DNA from: a virus
Taxonomy: Duplodnaviria > Heunggongvirae > Uroviricota > Caudoviricetes
DNA: 34,844 nt
IMG/VR virus record: IMGVR_UViG_2579778601_000008
Location: 1 to 34,844 of that record
Strand: one strand, 5' to 3'
Position 1 is the stretch's first letter; each line of letters opens with the position of its first letter. Shown here piece after piece: positions 17,676 to 27,643 of this stretch. Both the position numbers and the translations under genes were made by a program. Below the pieces are notes generated by a model, which saw only the letters and a program-made list of their open reading frames with translations, was not told the DNA's origin and searched no databases.

Positions 17676-17820
17676 CCCGGAGACGAACGGCGATTTAAGT
17701 GCCGATATCCGGCAGCTTGAGAACGCGCTGGCACGCTGTGCCAGCCAGGTAAAAATGATTAAACACTGTCAGGACGAAAACGATGCTCAAACCCGACAGC
17801 CTGCGCAGGGCACTGACTGA
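17530..17820 (+). CDS. lysC: Rz1-like outer-membrane lipoprotein spanin LysC (nested in lysB in another frame)
   Basis: Start at MKTKIFAAGTALTCLMLCAGC... (lipobox-like signal with Cys), Pro-rich; embedded in the 3' half of lysB as in P2. Confidence 0.7.
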   Translation: MKTKIFAAGTALTCLMLCAGCTSAPPALTPVIVANACPKVSLCPMPGSDPETNGDLSADIRQLENALARCASQVKMIKHCQDENDAQTRQPAQGTD

Positions 17821-18250
17821 TGCCGTCACGGTACTGAAAACCAGCCCCGAGATGCTGCGGATATTCGTGGATAACGGGAGTATTGCCTCCACACTGGCGA
17901 CGTCGCTGTCATTCGAAAAGCGTTACACGCTCAATGTCATTGTGACCGACTTTACCGGTGATTTTGACCTGCTCATCGTGCCGGTGCTGGCGTGGCTGCG
18001 GAAAAATCAGCCCGACATCATGACCACCGACGAAGGCCAGAAAAAGGGCTTCACGTTTTATGCAGACATCAACAATGACAGCAGCTTTGATATCAGCATC
18101 AGCCTGATGCTGACCGAGCGCACGCTGGTCAGTGAGGTTGACGGCGCACTGCATGTGAAGAATATCCCGGAACCTCCGCCGCCAGAGCCGGTCACCCGCC
18201 CGATGGAGCTTTATATCAATGGCGAACTGGTGAGCAAGTGGGATGAATGA
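17783..18250 (+). CDS. R: Tail completion protein R
   Basis: 155-aa ORF, length and position as P2 gpR. Confidence 0.85.
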   Translation: MLKPDSLRRALTDAVTVLKTSPEMLRIFVDNGSIASTLATSLSFEKRYTLNVIVTDFTGDFDLLIVPVLAWLRKNQPDIMTTDEGQKKGFTFYADINNDSSFDISISLMLTERTLVSEVDGALHVKNIPEPPPPEPVTRPMELYINGELVSKWDE

Positions 18251-18695
18251 GTTTAAGCGTTTTGAAGACCGGCTGACCGGACTTATTGAGTCGCTGTCAC
18301 CGTCAGGGCGTCGGCGACTGAGTGCCGAACTGGCGAAACGCCTGCGGCAGAGTCAGCAGCGTCGGGTGATGGCACAGAAAGCTCCGGACGGCACACCCTA
18401 TGCGCCACGCCAGCAGCAGAGCGCCAGAAAAAAGACCGGTCGCGTTAAGCGAAAAATGTTTGCGAAACTTATCACCAGTCGTTTTTTGCATATCCGCGCC
18501 AGCCCTGAACAGGCATCAATGGAGTTTTACGGCGGGAAGTCACCGAAAATCGCCAGTGTGCATCAGTTTGGTCTGTCGGAAGAAACCCGGAAAGACGGTA
18601 AGAAAATTGATTATCCTGCGCGTCCTCTGCTCGGCTTTACCGGTGAGGATGTGCAGATGATTGAAGAGATTATCCTGGCTCACCTTGAGCGTTAG
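18243..18695 (+). CDS. S: Tail completion protein S
   Basis: 150-aa ORF at the P2 gpS position, overlapping the R stop. Confidence 0.85.
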   Translation: MNEFKRFEDRLTGLIESLSPSGRRRLSAELAKRLRQSQQRRVMAQKAPDGTPYAPRQQQSARKKTGRVKRKMFAKLITSRFLHIRASPEQASMEFYGGKSPKIASVHQFGLSEETRKDGKKIDYPARPLLGFTGEDVQMIEEIILAHLER

Positions 18696-18761
18696 TTGTG
18701 CCATTCCCGACACCTCATCGTCACATTGCCGCCGGTATGACCCGGCGGCATCCTTCCCGTT

Positions 18762-19397
18762 ATGAACACTCTCGCAAATATTCAGGAACTCGCGCGCGCA
18801 CTGCGCAACATGATTCGCACCGGCGTTATCGTCGAAACCGACCTTAACGCCGGTCTCTGCCGTGTGCAGACCGGCGGCATGTGTACCGACTGGCTGCAGT
18901 GGCTGACCCATCGCGCCGGTCGTTCGCGCACATGGTGGGCACCTTCCGTGGGGGAACAGGTGCTGATTCTGTCCGTGGGCGGTGAACTCGACACGGCGTT
19001 TGTTCTGCCGGGGATTTATTCCGGCGATAATCCCGCACCGTCTGCGTCGGCGGATGCCCTGCATATCCGTTTCCCTGACGGGGCGGTGATTGAGTATGAA
19101 CCCGAAACCAGTGCGCTCACGGTAAGCGGAATTAAAACGGCCAGTGTGACGGCTTCTGATTCTGTTACTGCCACGGTGCCGGTGGTCATGGTGAAAGCGT
19201 CAAACCGCATCACCCTGGACACACCGGAGGTGGTCTGCACCAACAGGCTGATTACCGGCACGCTGGAAGTGCAGAAGGGCGGGACGATGCGCGGCAACAT
19301 TGAACACACCGGCGGTGAACTCTCATCAAACGGTAAGGTACTGCATACCCATAAACACCCCGGCGACAGCGGCGGCACAACCGGGAGTCCTTTATGA
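18762..19397 (+). CDS. V: Baseplate spike / assembly protein V
   Basis: 211-aa ORF at the P2 gpV position. Confidence 0.88.
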   Translation: MNTLANIQELARALRNMIRTGVIVETDLNAGLCRVQTGGMCTDWLQWLTHRAGRSRTWWAPSVGEQVLILSVGGELDTAFVLPGIYSGDNPAPSASADALHIRFPDGAVIEYEPETSALTVSGIKTASVTASDSVTATVPVVMVKASNRITLDTPEVVCTNRLITGTLEVQKGGTMRGNIEHTGGELSSNGKVLHTHKHPGDSGGTTGSPL

Positions 19398-19741
19398 CAG
19401 CGCGTTATCTCGGAATGAATCGCAGTGATGGCCTGACTGTCACTGACCTTGAGCATATCAGCCAGAGTATCGGCGATATCCTGCGCACACCGGTCGGCTC
19501 ACGGGTGATGCGTCGTGATTACGGCTCGTTGCTGGCGTCAATGATTGACCAGCCGCAGACCCCGGCGCTTGAGTTGCAGATTAAGGTCGCCTGTTACATG
19601 GCGGTGCTGAAATGGGAACCCCGCGTCACCCTGTCATCCGTCACCACTGAGCGCAGTTTTGACGGGCGAATGACGGTCACGTTAACCGGCCAGCACAACG
19701 ACACCGGCCAGCCACTTTCGTTAACCATCCCTGTGAGTTGA
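19394..19741 (+). CDS. W: Baseplate wedge protein W (GPW/gp25 family)
   Basis: 115-aa ORF overlapping the V stop; P2 gpW position and size. Confidence 0.88.
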   Translation: MTARYLGMNRSDGLTVTDLEHISQSIGDILRTPVGSRVMRRDYGSLLASMIDQPQTPALELQIKVACYMAVLKWEPRVTLSSVTTERSFDGRMTVTLTGQHNDTGQPLSLTIPVS

Positions 19742-19745
19742 AACC

Positions 19746-20654
19746 ATGCCGATTATCGACCTGAACCAGCTACCCGCACCGGATGTGGTCGAGGAGCTGG
19801 ACTTTGAAACCATTCTTGCCGAACGCAAGGCGACACTGATTTCCCTTTACCCGGAAGACCAGCAGGAGGCGGTCGCCCGTACCCTGACACTGGAATCTGA
19901 GCCTCTCGTCAAACTGCTGGAGGAAAATGCTTATCGTGAGCTTATCTGGCGTCAGCGTGTGAATGAGGCCGCACGGGCGGTGATGCTGGCCTGTGCCGCC
20001 GGTAATGACCTTGATGTGATTGGTGCCAATTACAACACCACGCGCCTGATTATCACCCCGGCAGATGATTCGACCATCCCGCCGACACCGGCAGTGATGG
20101 AATCTGACACCGATTATCGTCTGCGTATTCAGCAGGCGTTTGAAGGTTTAAGCGTCGCCGGGTCGGTGGGTGCCTATCAGTATCATGGACGCAGTGCTGA
20201 CGGGCGTGTCGCGGATATCTCTGTCACCAGTCCGTCTCCGGCCTGTGTCACCATCTCTGTGCTGTCACGTGAAAATAACGGTGTCGCTTCCGAAGACCTG
20301 CTGGCGGTGGTGCGTAACGCCCTTAATGGTGAGGACGTCAGGCCGGTGGCCGACCGCGTGACCGTGCAGTCTGCCGCCATCGTTGAATACCAGATAAACG
20401 CCACGCTTTACCTTTACCCTGGTCCCGAAAGCGAACCCATCCGCGCTGCTGCCGTGAAAAAACTGGAAGCGTACATCACGGCACAGCACCGGCTGGGGCG
20501 CGACATCCGTCTGTCTGCCATTTATGCCGCTTTGCATGTGGAAGGCGTGCAGCGTGTCGAACTGGCTGCACCACTGGCCGACATCGTGCTCAACAATACG
20601 CAGGCGTCTTTCTGTACCGAATACCGCGTTGTGACCGGAGGCTCGGATGAGTGA
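19746..20654 (+). CDS. J: Baseplate protein J
   Basis: 302-aa ORF at the P2 gpJ position. Confidence 0.9.
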   Translation: MPIIDLNQLPAPDVVEELDFETILAERKATLISLYPEDQQEAVARTLTLESEPLVKLLEENAYRELIWRQRVNEAARAVMLACAAGNDLDVIGANYNTTRLIITPADDSTIPPTPAVMESDTDYRLRIQQAFEGLSVAGSVGAYQYHGRSADGRVADISVTSPSPACVTISVLSRENNGVASEDLLAVVRNALNGEDVRPVADRVTVQSAAIVEYQINATLYLYPGPESEPIRAAAVKKLEAYITAQHRLGRDIRLSAIYAALHVEGVQRVELAAPLADIVLNNTQASFCTEYRVVTGGSDE

Positions 20655-21177
20655 TTCGCGCCTGCTGCCGACCGGCTCATCACCGCTTGAGGTCGCCGCC
20701 GCAAAAGCCTGTGCGGAAATTGAAAAAACGCCGGTCAGTATTCGTGAGCTGTGGAACCCGGACACCTGCCCGGCAAATCTGCTGCCGTGGCTGGCGTGGG
20801 CGTTTTCGGTCGACAGGTGGGATGAAAAGTGGCCGGAAGCGACAAAACGCGCCGTTATCCGCGATGCCTATTTCATCCACTGTCATAAAGGCACTATCGG
20901 CGCAATCCGGCGTGTGGTGGAGCCGCTCGGCTATCTCATTAACGTAAAGGAATGGTGGGAGACAAACGACCCGCCCGGAACCTTTCGCCTTGATATCGGT
21001 GTGCTGGAAAGCGGCATCACGGAGGAGATGTATCTGGAAATGGAACGGCTGATTGCCGATGCCAAACCCGCAAGTCGCCACCTTATCGGTCTGAACATTA
21101 TCCAGGACATTCCCGGCTATCTGTATACAGGCGGTGTGGTCTGTGATGGTGATGTTATTACTGTTTATCCCGGATAA
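20647..21177 (+). CDS. I: Baseplate/tail protein I
   Basis: 176-aa ORF overlapping the J stop; P2 gpI position and size. Confidence 0.88.
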   Translation: MSDSRLLPTGSSPLEVAAAKACAEIEKTPVSIRELWNPDTCPANLLPWLAWAFSVDRWDEKWPEATKRAVIRDAYFIHCHKGTIGAIRRVVEPLGYLINVKEWWETNDPPGTFRLDIGVLESGITEEMYLEMERLIADAKPASRHLIGLNIIQDIPGYLYTGGVVCDGDVITVYPG

Positions 21178-21187
21178 GTGAGAAACA

Positions 21188-23806
21188 ATGAGCACGAAAT
21201 TTAAAACCGTTATCACTACTGCCGGAGCCGCGAAGCTGGCAGCCGCTACTGTTCCCGGCGGGAAAAAAGTAAACCTGTCTGCAATGGCTGTGGGTGACGG
21301 TAATGGCCAATTGCCGGTGCCGGATGCCGGTCAGACGAAACTGGTGCATGAAGTCTGGCGTCACGCTCTGAATAAAGTCAGTGTGGATAACAAGAATAAA
21401 AACTATATCGTGGCTGAACTGGTTGTTCCGCCAGAAGTGGGCGGCTTCTGGATGCGTGAGCTTGGTCTGTATGATGATGCCGGAACACTGATTGCGGTAT
21501 CCAACATGGCAGAAAGCTATAAGCCAGAACTGGCTGAAGGCTCCGGACGTGCGCAGACCTGCCGCATGGTTATTATTCTCAGTAACGTGGCGTCCGTTGA
21601 GCTGAGTATTGATGCCAGCACAGTGATGGCGACGCAGGATTACGTCGATGACAAAATCGCAGAGCATGAGCAGTCCCGCCGCCATCCTGACGCCACACTG
21701 ACAGAAAAAGGTTTTACTCAGTTAAGCAGTGCAACAAACAGCACCAGTGAGTCATTGGCGGCAACGCCAAAAGCGGTCAAGGCAGCAAATGACAACGCAA
21801 ATTCACGTCTGGCGAAAAATCAGAATGGTGCAGATATCCAGAATAAATCAGCTTTTCTGGAAAATGTTGGCGTTACCAGCCTGACGTTTATGAAAAACAA
21901 TGGCGAAATGCCGCTTGATGCTGATCTGAATACATTTGGTCCTGTTAAGGCTTATTCAGGTATCTGGTCTAAAGCAACATCCACCAACGCAACACTGGAG
22001 AAAAATTTCCCTGAAGACGGTGCAGTCGGTGTGCTTGAGGTATTCAATGGCGGTAATTTTGCAGGAATGCAGCGTTATACCACCAGAACAGGCAATGTTT
22101 ATATGCGCAACCTTTCTGGCACCTGGAATGGCTCAGACGGTCCGTGGAGCTACTGGCGTCAGATTCAGTCAGCAACACGCCCCCTGAGTACAACCATTGA
22201 CCTGAACACGCTCGGAGGCGCAGAGCATCTTGGCTTATGGCGAAACAGTAGTGGCTCTATCGCTTCATTTGACCGCAACTATCCGGAAGAAGGAAGTTAT
22301 GGTCAGGGACTCCTTGAAGTTCTTGAAGGTGGTGGGTACTCACGCATGCAACGCTACACGACCCGCCGTGGGGATGTATATGTTCGCTGCCTTTCTGCTA
22401 CATGGAATGCAGAGAATCCACAGTGGGAACCGTGGTTAAGAGTCGGTCATCAGTCAGAGAGTCGTTATTACGACGGGGATTTGAATGATGTGACTTCACC
22501 AGGTATTTACAGCGTTACAGGTAAAGCGACCAACGGTCCAATACTGGACGGAAACGGCGTGACAGTCCTCGGGATTCTGGAAGTGTTGAGGCGCTTTGAT
22601 GGTGTTAACGTATGGCAGCGTTATACAACTGCCGGAACAGGTGCAACCCTTAAAGGTCGCACGTTTGAGCGCGTCTATACCGGCAGCTCGTGGAGCGAAT
22701 GGCGGGAAGTCTACACCTCGTATTCACTTCCCCTGAATCTGGGTATCGGCGGTGCTGTGGCAAAGCTCACCAGCATGGACTGGCAGACCTACGACTTTGT
22801 GCCGGGCAGTCTGATAACCGTTCGGCTTGATAACATGACCAACATTCCCGACGGTATGGACTGGGGCGTCATTGATGGCAACCTGATAAACATCGCAGTG
22901 GGTCCGAGTGATGATTCCGGTACGGGGCGCTCAATGCATGTATGGCGCAGCACCGTAAGTAAAGCGAACTACCGCTTTTTTATGGTGCGTATTTCAGGAA
23001 ATCCGGGAAGTCGCACGATCACCACAAGACGTGTGCCAATCATTGACGAAGCCCAGACATGGGCGGCGAAACAAACCTTCAGCGCCGGTCTTTCAGGCGA
23101 ACTGTCCGGCAATGCTGCTACAGCAACAAAGCTGAAAACGGCAAGGACAATTAACGGCGTAAAATTTGACGGCTCGGCAAATATTGAAGCGTTTCCGCCA
23201 GGTGTTCCGCTGCCGTGGCCATCAGATACACCACCTGCAGGCTATGCAATTATGCAGGGGCAGACGTTTGATAAGGCTGCATATCCGAAACTGGCTATTG
23301 CCTATCCTTCTGGTGTTATTCCAGATATGCGCGGCTGGACAATCAAGGGCAAACCCGCCAGTGGGCGTGCCGTATTGTCACAGGAACAGGACGGGATTAA
23401 ATCGCATACTCACAGCGCCAGTGCGTCAAATACGGATTTAGGGACGAAAACGACCAGTTCATTTGATTACGGCACGAAGACAGTCAGTACGTTTAACTAC
23501 GGAACAAAAACCACTAATACCACAGGTAACCATACACATACCATTTACAGAGGGAATGCCAATACTAATGGTGAAACCGGTAAAACAGGCTTTGACAACC
23601 CATCGTTTAATGGCACATCAGGAGCTGCCGGGAATCATGCCCACACGGTAGATATTGGCGCACATAATCATACGGTTGGTATTGGTGCACATTCACACAC
23701 GGTTGCTATTGGCTCACACGGGCACTCTATTACCGTTAATGCTACAGGTAATACCGAAAACACCGTCAAAAACATCGCATTTAACTATATTGTGAGGCTT
23801 GCATAA
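21188..23806 (+). CDS. H: Tail fibre protein H (conserved N-terminus, divergent extended distal part)
   Basis: 872-aa ORF; N-terminus [25 protein letters not shown]... is P2 gpH-like; three tandem ~85-aa repeats in the middle; His-rich GxHxH repeats near the C-terminus. Confidence 0.9.
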   Translation: MSTKFKTVITTAGAAKLAAATVPGGKKVNLSAMAVGDGNGQLPVPDAGQTKLVHEVWRHALNKVSVDNKNKNYIVAELVVPPEVGGFWMRELGLYDDAGTLIAVSNMAESYKPELAEGSGRAQTCRMVIILSNVASVELSIDASTVMATQDYVDDKIAEHEQSRRHPDATLTEKGFTQLSSATNSTSESLAATPKAVKAANDNANSRLAKNQNGADIQNKSAFLENVGVTSLTFMKNNGEMPLDADLNTFGPVKAYSGIWSKATSTNATLEKNFPEDGAVGVLEVFNGGNFAGMQRYTTRTGNVYMRNLSGTWNGSDGPWSYWRQIQSATRPLSTTIDLNTLGGAEHLGLWRNSSGSIASFDRNYPEEGSYGQGLLEVLEGGGYSRMQRYTTRRGDVYVRCLSATWNAENPQWEPWLRVGHQSESRYYDGDLNDVTSPGIYSVTGKATNGPILDGNGVTVLGILEVLRRFDGVNVWQRYTTAGTGATLKGRTFERVYTGSSWSEWREVYTSYSLPLNLGIGGAVAKLTSMDWQTYDFVPGSLITVRLDNMTNIPDGMDWGVIDGNLINIAVGPSDDSGTGRSMHVWRSTVSKANYRFFMVRISGNPGSRTITTRRVPIIDEAQTWAAKQTFSAGLSGELSGNAATATKLKTARTINGVKFDGSANIEAFPPGVPLPWPSDTPPAGYAIMQGQTFDKAAYPKLAIAYPSGVIPDMRGWTIKGKPASGRAVLSQEQDGIKSHTHSASASNTDLGTKTTSSFDYGTKTVSTFNYGTKTTNTTGNHTHTIYRGNANTNGETGKTGFDNPSFNGTSGAAGNHAHTVDIGAHNHTVGIGAHSHTVAIGSHGHSITVNATGNTENTVKNIAFNYIVRLA

Positions 23807-24384
23807 TGGCTTTCAGAATGAGTGCAGAAGCACAAACTATCCACGTATTTAATTTACTTGATGGAACCAATGAATTTATTGGGGAAAGTGACGCATATAT
23901 CCCACCGTACACTGGCCTGCCTGCAAACAGTACAGATATTGCACCACCTGATATTCCAGCTGGTTATGCAGCCGTTTTCAATGCAGACGAAATGAAATGG
24001 GAACTGATGGAAGACCATCGCGGAAAGACTGTCTACGAAACGAAAACGGGAGCAGCCATTTATATTTCTGAACTTGGCGTATTACCTCCAGACGTGACAG
24101 CCATTTCCCCGGATGGGGATTATCAGAAATGGAACGGCAATGCGTGGGTGAATGATGAGAATGCAGAGCGTGATGCGCTTGTCAGAGCGGCGGAGTCTCA
24201 GAAGAAAGAGCAGATTGCATATGCAGGTGAAATCATTGCCACGCTGCAGGATGCTGTCGATTTAGATATGGCTACCGAGGAAGAAAAGTTAAGTCTGACA
24301 CACTGGAAAAAATACCGTGTGTTACTGAATCGCGTTCAGCCGGAAAATGCCCCGGATATTGAATGGCCGGAACTACCGCAATAA
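23806..24384 (+). CDS. G: Tail fibre assembly chaperone (Tfa-like)
   Basis: 192-aa ORF starting at the H stop; resembles Tfa-family tail fibre assembly proteins. Confidence 0.85.
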   Translation: MAFRMSAEAQTIHVFNLLDGTNEFIGESDAYIPPYTGLPANSTDIAPPDIPAGYAAVFNADEMKWELMEDHRGKTVYETKTGAAIYISELGVLPPDVTAISPDGDYQKWNGNAWVNDENAERDALVRAAESQKKEQIAYAGEIIATLQDAVDLDMATEEEKLSLTHWKKYRVLLNRVQPENAPDIEWPELPQ

Positions 24385-24388
24385 ACAC

Positions 24389-24418
24389 AGGCGGGCTGAT
24401 TGCCCGCCTTTTCTTTAC
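24389..24418 (+). terminator. Intrinsic terminator after G
   Basis: Hairpin AGGCGGGC-TGAT-TGCCCGCCT followed by a T-rich tract. Confidence 0.65.
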
Positions 24419-24516
24419 CGGTGGTTGTGCTGTTGATTAGCCAACCGGGACAAATAGCCTGACATCTCCGGCACAACTGAAAATACCACTCACCCATTAA
24501 CCACGGAGTTAAACGG

Positions 24517-25707
24517 ATGAGTGATTATCATCACGGCGTGCAGGTGCTGGAGATTAACGACGGCACCCGCGTCATTTCCACCGTATCAACCGCCATTGTC
24601 GGCATGGTCTGCACAGCCAGCGATGCGGATGCGGAAACCTTCCCCCTCAATAAACCGGTGCTGATTACCAATGTGCAGAGCGCAATTGCAAAGGCCGGTA
24701 AAAAAGGCACGCTGGCGGCGTCGTTGCAGGCCATCGCTGACCAGTCCAAACCGGTCACCGTTGTCGTGCGTGTTGAAGACGGCACAGGCGACGACGAAGA
24801 AACGAAACTCGCGCAGACCGTTTCCAATATCATCGGCACCACCGACGAAAACGGTCAGTACACCGGACTGAAAGCCCTGATGGGGGCTGAGTCGGTTACC
24901 GGCGTTAAACCGCGCATTCTTGGTGTGCCGGGGCTGGACACCAAAGAGGTTGCCGTCGCACTGGCATCGGTATGCCAGGAACTGAATGCATTCGGGTATA
25001 TCAGCGCATGGGGCTGTAAAACCATTTCCGAGGTGAAAGCCTACCGCCAGAATTTCAGCCAGCGTGAGCTGATGGTTATCTGGCCGGATTTCCTCGCATG
25101 GGATACGGTCACCAGTACCACCGCCACCGCGTATGCCACCGCCCGTGCGCTGGGGCTGCGCGCTAAAATCGACCAGGAGCAGGGCTGGCATAAAACGCTG
25201 TCCAATGTCGGGGTAAACGGTGTTACCGGCATCAGTGCATCTGTATTCTGGGATTTGCAGAAGTCTGGCACTGATGCTGACCTGCTGAACGAGGCAGGCG
25301 TCACAACGCTGGTTCGCCGCGACGGTTTCCGTTTCTGGGGTAACCGTACCTGCTCCGATGACCCACTGTTCCTCTTTGAAAGCTACACACGCACTGCGCA
25401 GGTACTGGCCGACACGATGGCTGAGGCGCACATGTGGGCTATTGATAAGCCCATCACCGCAACGCTGATTCGCGACATCATTGACGGCATCAATGCCAAA
25501 TTCCGCGAACTGAAAAACAACGGTTATATCGTGGATGGCACATGCTGGTTCAGTGAAGAATCCAACGATGCGGAAACCCTCAAGGCCGGAAAACTGTATA
25601 TCGACTACGACTATACCCCGGTGCCTCCCCTCGAAAACCTGACCCTGCGCCAGCGTATTACTTCAAGATACCTGGCAAGTCTGGTCACCTCGGTTAACAG
25701 CAATTAA
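24517..25707 (+). CDS. FI: Contractile tail sheath protein
   Basis: 396-aa ORF at the P2 FI position. Confidence 0.92.
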   Translation: MSDYHHGVQVLEINDGTRVISTVSTAIVGMVCTASDADAETFPLNKPVLITNVQSAIAKAGKKGTLAASLQAIADQSKPVTVVVRVEDGTGDDEETKLAQTVSNIIGTTDENGQYTGLKALMGAESVTGVKPRILGVPGLDTKEVAVALASVCQELNAFGYISAWGCKTISEVKAYRQNFSQRELMVIWPDFLAWDTVTSTTATAYATARALGLRAKIDQEQGWHKTLSNVGVNGVTGISASVFWDLQKSGTDADLLNEAGVTTLVRRDGFRFWGNRTCSDDPLFLFESYTRTAQVLADTMAEAHMWAIDKPITATLIRDIIDGINAKFRELKNNGYIVDGTCWFSEESNDAETLKAGKLYIDYDYTPVPPLENLTLRQRITSRYLASLVTSVNSN

Positions 25708-25719
25708 GGAGCCTGACCG

Positions 25720-26238
25720 ATGGCAATGCCGCGCAAACTCAAGTTAATGAACGTCTTTCTGAACGGCTACAGCTATCAGGGCGTTGCAAAGTCCGTCACG
25801 CTGCCAAAACTGACCCGTAAGCTCGAAAACTATCGCGGTGCGGGGATGAACGGCAGCGCACCGGTAGACCTCGGCCTTGATGACGATGCGCTGTCAATGG
25901 AGTGGTCGCTCGGTGGCTTCCCGGATTCGGTTATCTGGGAGCTTTACGCCGCAACCGGCGTGGATGCCGTGCCGATTCGTTTTGCAGGCTCTTACCAGCG
26001 TGACGATACCGGCGAAACGGTGGCCGTCGAAGTGGTCATGCGTGGCCGTCAGAAAGAAATCGACACCGGCGAGGGGAAACAGGGAGAAGACACCGAGTCG
26101 AAAATCTCCGTGGTCTGCACCTATTTCCGGCTGACGATGGACGGTAAGGAGCTGGTCGAAATTGACACCATCAACATGATTGAGAAGGTGAACGGCGTCG
26201 ACCGGCTGGAGCAACACCGCCGCAATATCGGCCTGTGA
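25720..26238 (+). CDS. FII: Tail tube protein
   Basis: 172-aa ORF at the P2 FII position. Confidence 0.9.
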   Translation: MAMPRKLKLMNVFLNGYSYQGVAKSVTLPKLTRKLENYRGAGMNGSAPVDLGLDDDALSMEWSLGGFPDSVIWELYAATGVDAVPIRFAGSYQRDDTGETVAVEVVMRGRQKEIDTGEGKQGEDTESKISVVCTYFRLTMDGKELVEIDTINMIEKVNGVDRLEQHRRNIGL

Positions 26239-26294
26239 TTTTCATCCGGTCAGCCTGGCTGACCGGTTAACCCTGATTCAGAAGTGAGAAAACC

Positions 26295-26570
26295 ATGAAC
26301 AAAGAAAATGTGATTACCCTGGACAATCCGGTCAAGCGTGGTGAGCAGGTTATCAAACAGGTCACGCTGATGAAACCTAATGCCGGGACGCTTCGCGGTG
26401 TCAGTCTGGCTTCGGTCGCACACTCCGAAGTCGATGCACTTATTAAGGTGCTGCCGCGCATGACGGCACCGATGCTGACCGAGCAGGAAGTCGCCGCGCT
26501 GGAACTGCCTGACCTTGTGGAACTGGCCGGTAAGGTGGTCGGTTTTTTGTCGCCGAACTCGGTGCAGTGA
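26295..26570 (+). CDS. E: Tail assembly chaperone E
   Basis: 91-aa ORF upstream of T; contains the T6G slippery site near its 3' end. Confidence 0.85.
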   Translation: MNKENVITLDNPVKRGEQVIKQVTLMKPNAGTLRGVSLASVAHSEVDALIKVLPRMTAPMLTEQEVAALELPDLVELAGKVVGFLSPNSVQ

Positions 26571-26722
26571 CGTTTCCGAAAAATCTGTCGGTAGATGACC
26601 TGATGGCGGATGTGGCAGTGATATTTCACTGGCCGCCATCAGAACTGTATCCCATGAGCCTGACCGAACTCATCACATGGCGCGAAAAGGCGCTCCAGCG
26701 AAGCGGAAACACGAATGAGTAA
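26295..26722 (+). CDS. Tail assembly chaperone E+E' made by programmed -1 frameshift
   Basis: Slippery sequence GGTTTTTTG at 26541-26549; I traced the -1 frame by hand from there to a TAA at 26720-26722, encoding ...HWPPSELYPMSLTELITWREKALQRSGNTNE. Confidence 0.7.
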
Positions 26723-26797
26723 CAATGTAAAATTACAGGTATTGCTCAGGGCTGTTGACCAGGCATCCCGCCCGTTTAAATCCATCCGCACAGCGAG
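26715..26797 (+). pseudogene. T: Tape measure protein T, N-terminal fragment (cut by IS insertion)
   Basis: ATG at 26715 encodes MSNNVKLQVLLRAVDQASRPFKSIRTAS, then the frame runs into the IS terminal repeat. Confidence 0.8.
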
Positions 26798-26882
26798 TGC
26801 GTATTACCGTGAAGGAGATCGGTGAGTAACATCGATGGAGATCGGTTCGTGTCACTTTCACAGAACCGTTTTTAAATTACCT

Positions 26883-27632
26883 TCACTGATCTCCTTCGGT
26901 CAACGGAGATTGTATTTTCCGCATTGATTCTCCTTTAAGTTCGATCTTGATACTGCCATGAACCAGTCGATCTAGGATGGCATCCGCATGTGTGGAGTCT
27001 CCGATCATTTTGTACCAGTTTTCCACCGGCAACTGGCTCACTACGATGATTGAGCCTCGTTGGTACATCAGATCCACTATTTCCAGCAGGTCGCTACGCT
27101 GTTCTGATGAGAGAGGTTCCAGCCCCCAGTCATCCAGAAGCAGCAGATCGCTATTATTCAGCCTGGTCAAAAGTTTGCTGTATCTTCCATCAGCATGCCC
27201 CTGATAGCACTGTTCCATCAGCGCTTTAAGGCGATAATAGTAGACCTTGTATCCCTGTCGGCAGGCATTATGACCAAGTGCACATGCCAGGAACGTTTTA
27301 CCGCTGCCGGTGGCCCCGGTCAGTAAAATATTTTGTTTCAGGGTTAACCAGTTTCCCTGACTGAGTGAACGGATGAGGGCCCTGTCCAGCCCTCTATTGT
27401 TACGATAATCCAGCTTTGATAACTCAGCATTAAGTCTGAACCGTGCATGTTTGATCAGACGCTCTGCCTTCCTGTTTTCACGGCAGGTTAGTTCTTCTGC
27501 TGTCAGTAATGACAGGCGTTCTTCGAAGCCCAGCTCCTGGTATGTGCCCGGTTGAGCAAGTTGCTTTTTAAGCGCATCACGGAAGCCGGTGAGTTTAAGT
27601 GCGGTCAGTTGTTCGTAAAGATGATTCATCAT
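26883..27632 (-). CDS. istB: IS21-family helper ATPase IstB
   Basis: 249-aa ORF with Walker A (GATGSGKT) and Walker B (LLLLDDWG) motifs, typical of IstB. Confidence 0.9.
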   Translation of the reverse strand: MMNHLYEQLTALKLTGFRDALKKQLAQPGTYQELGFEERLSLLTAEELTCRENRKAERLIKHARFRLNAELSKLDYRNNRGLDRALIRSLSQGNWLTLKQNILLTGATGSGKTFLACALGHNACRQGYKVYYYRLKALMEQCYQGHADGRYSKLLTRLNNSDLLLLDDWGLEPLSSEQRSDLLEIVDLMYQRGSIIVVSQLPVENWYKMIGDSTHADAILDRLVHGSIKIELKGESMRKIQSPLTEGDQ

Positions 27633-27643
27633 TGGATCCCGTA

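Noticed and set aside
21188-24384. Possible invertible tail-fibre segment (Mu G-segment or Min type) around H and G
   Set aside because: No site-specific invertase gene (Gin/Cin/Pin type) and no inverted duplicate of the H 3' end or G were seen; H and G are single co-oriented genes.
24586-25431. 281-aa minus-strand ORF inside the sheath gene FI
   Set aside because: Antisense shadow of a conserved structural gene; no ribosome-binding site and no independent support.
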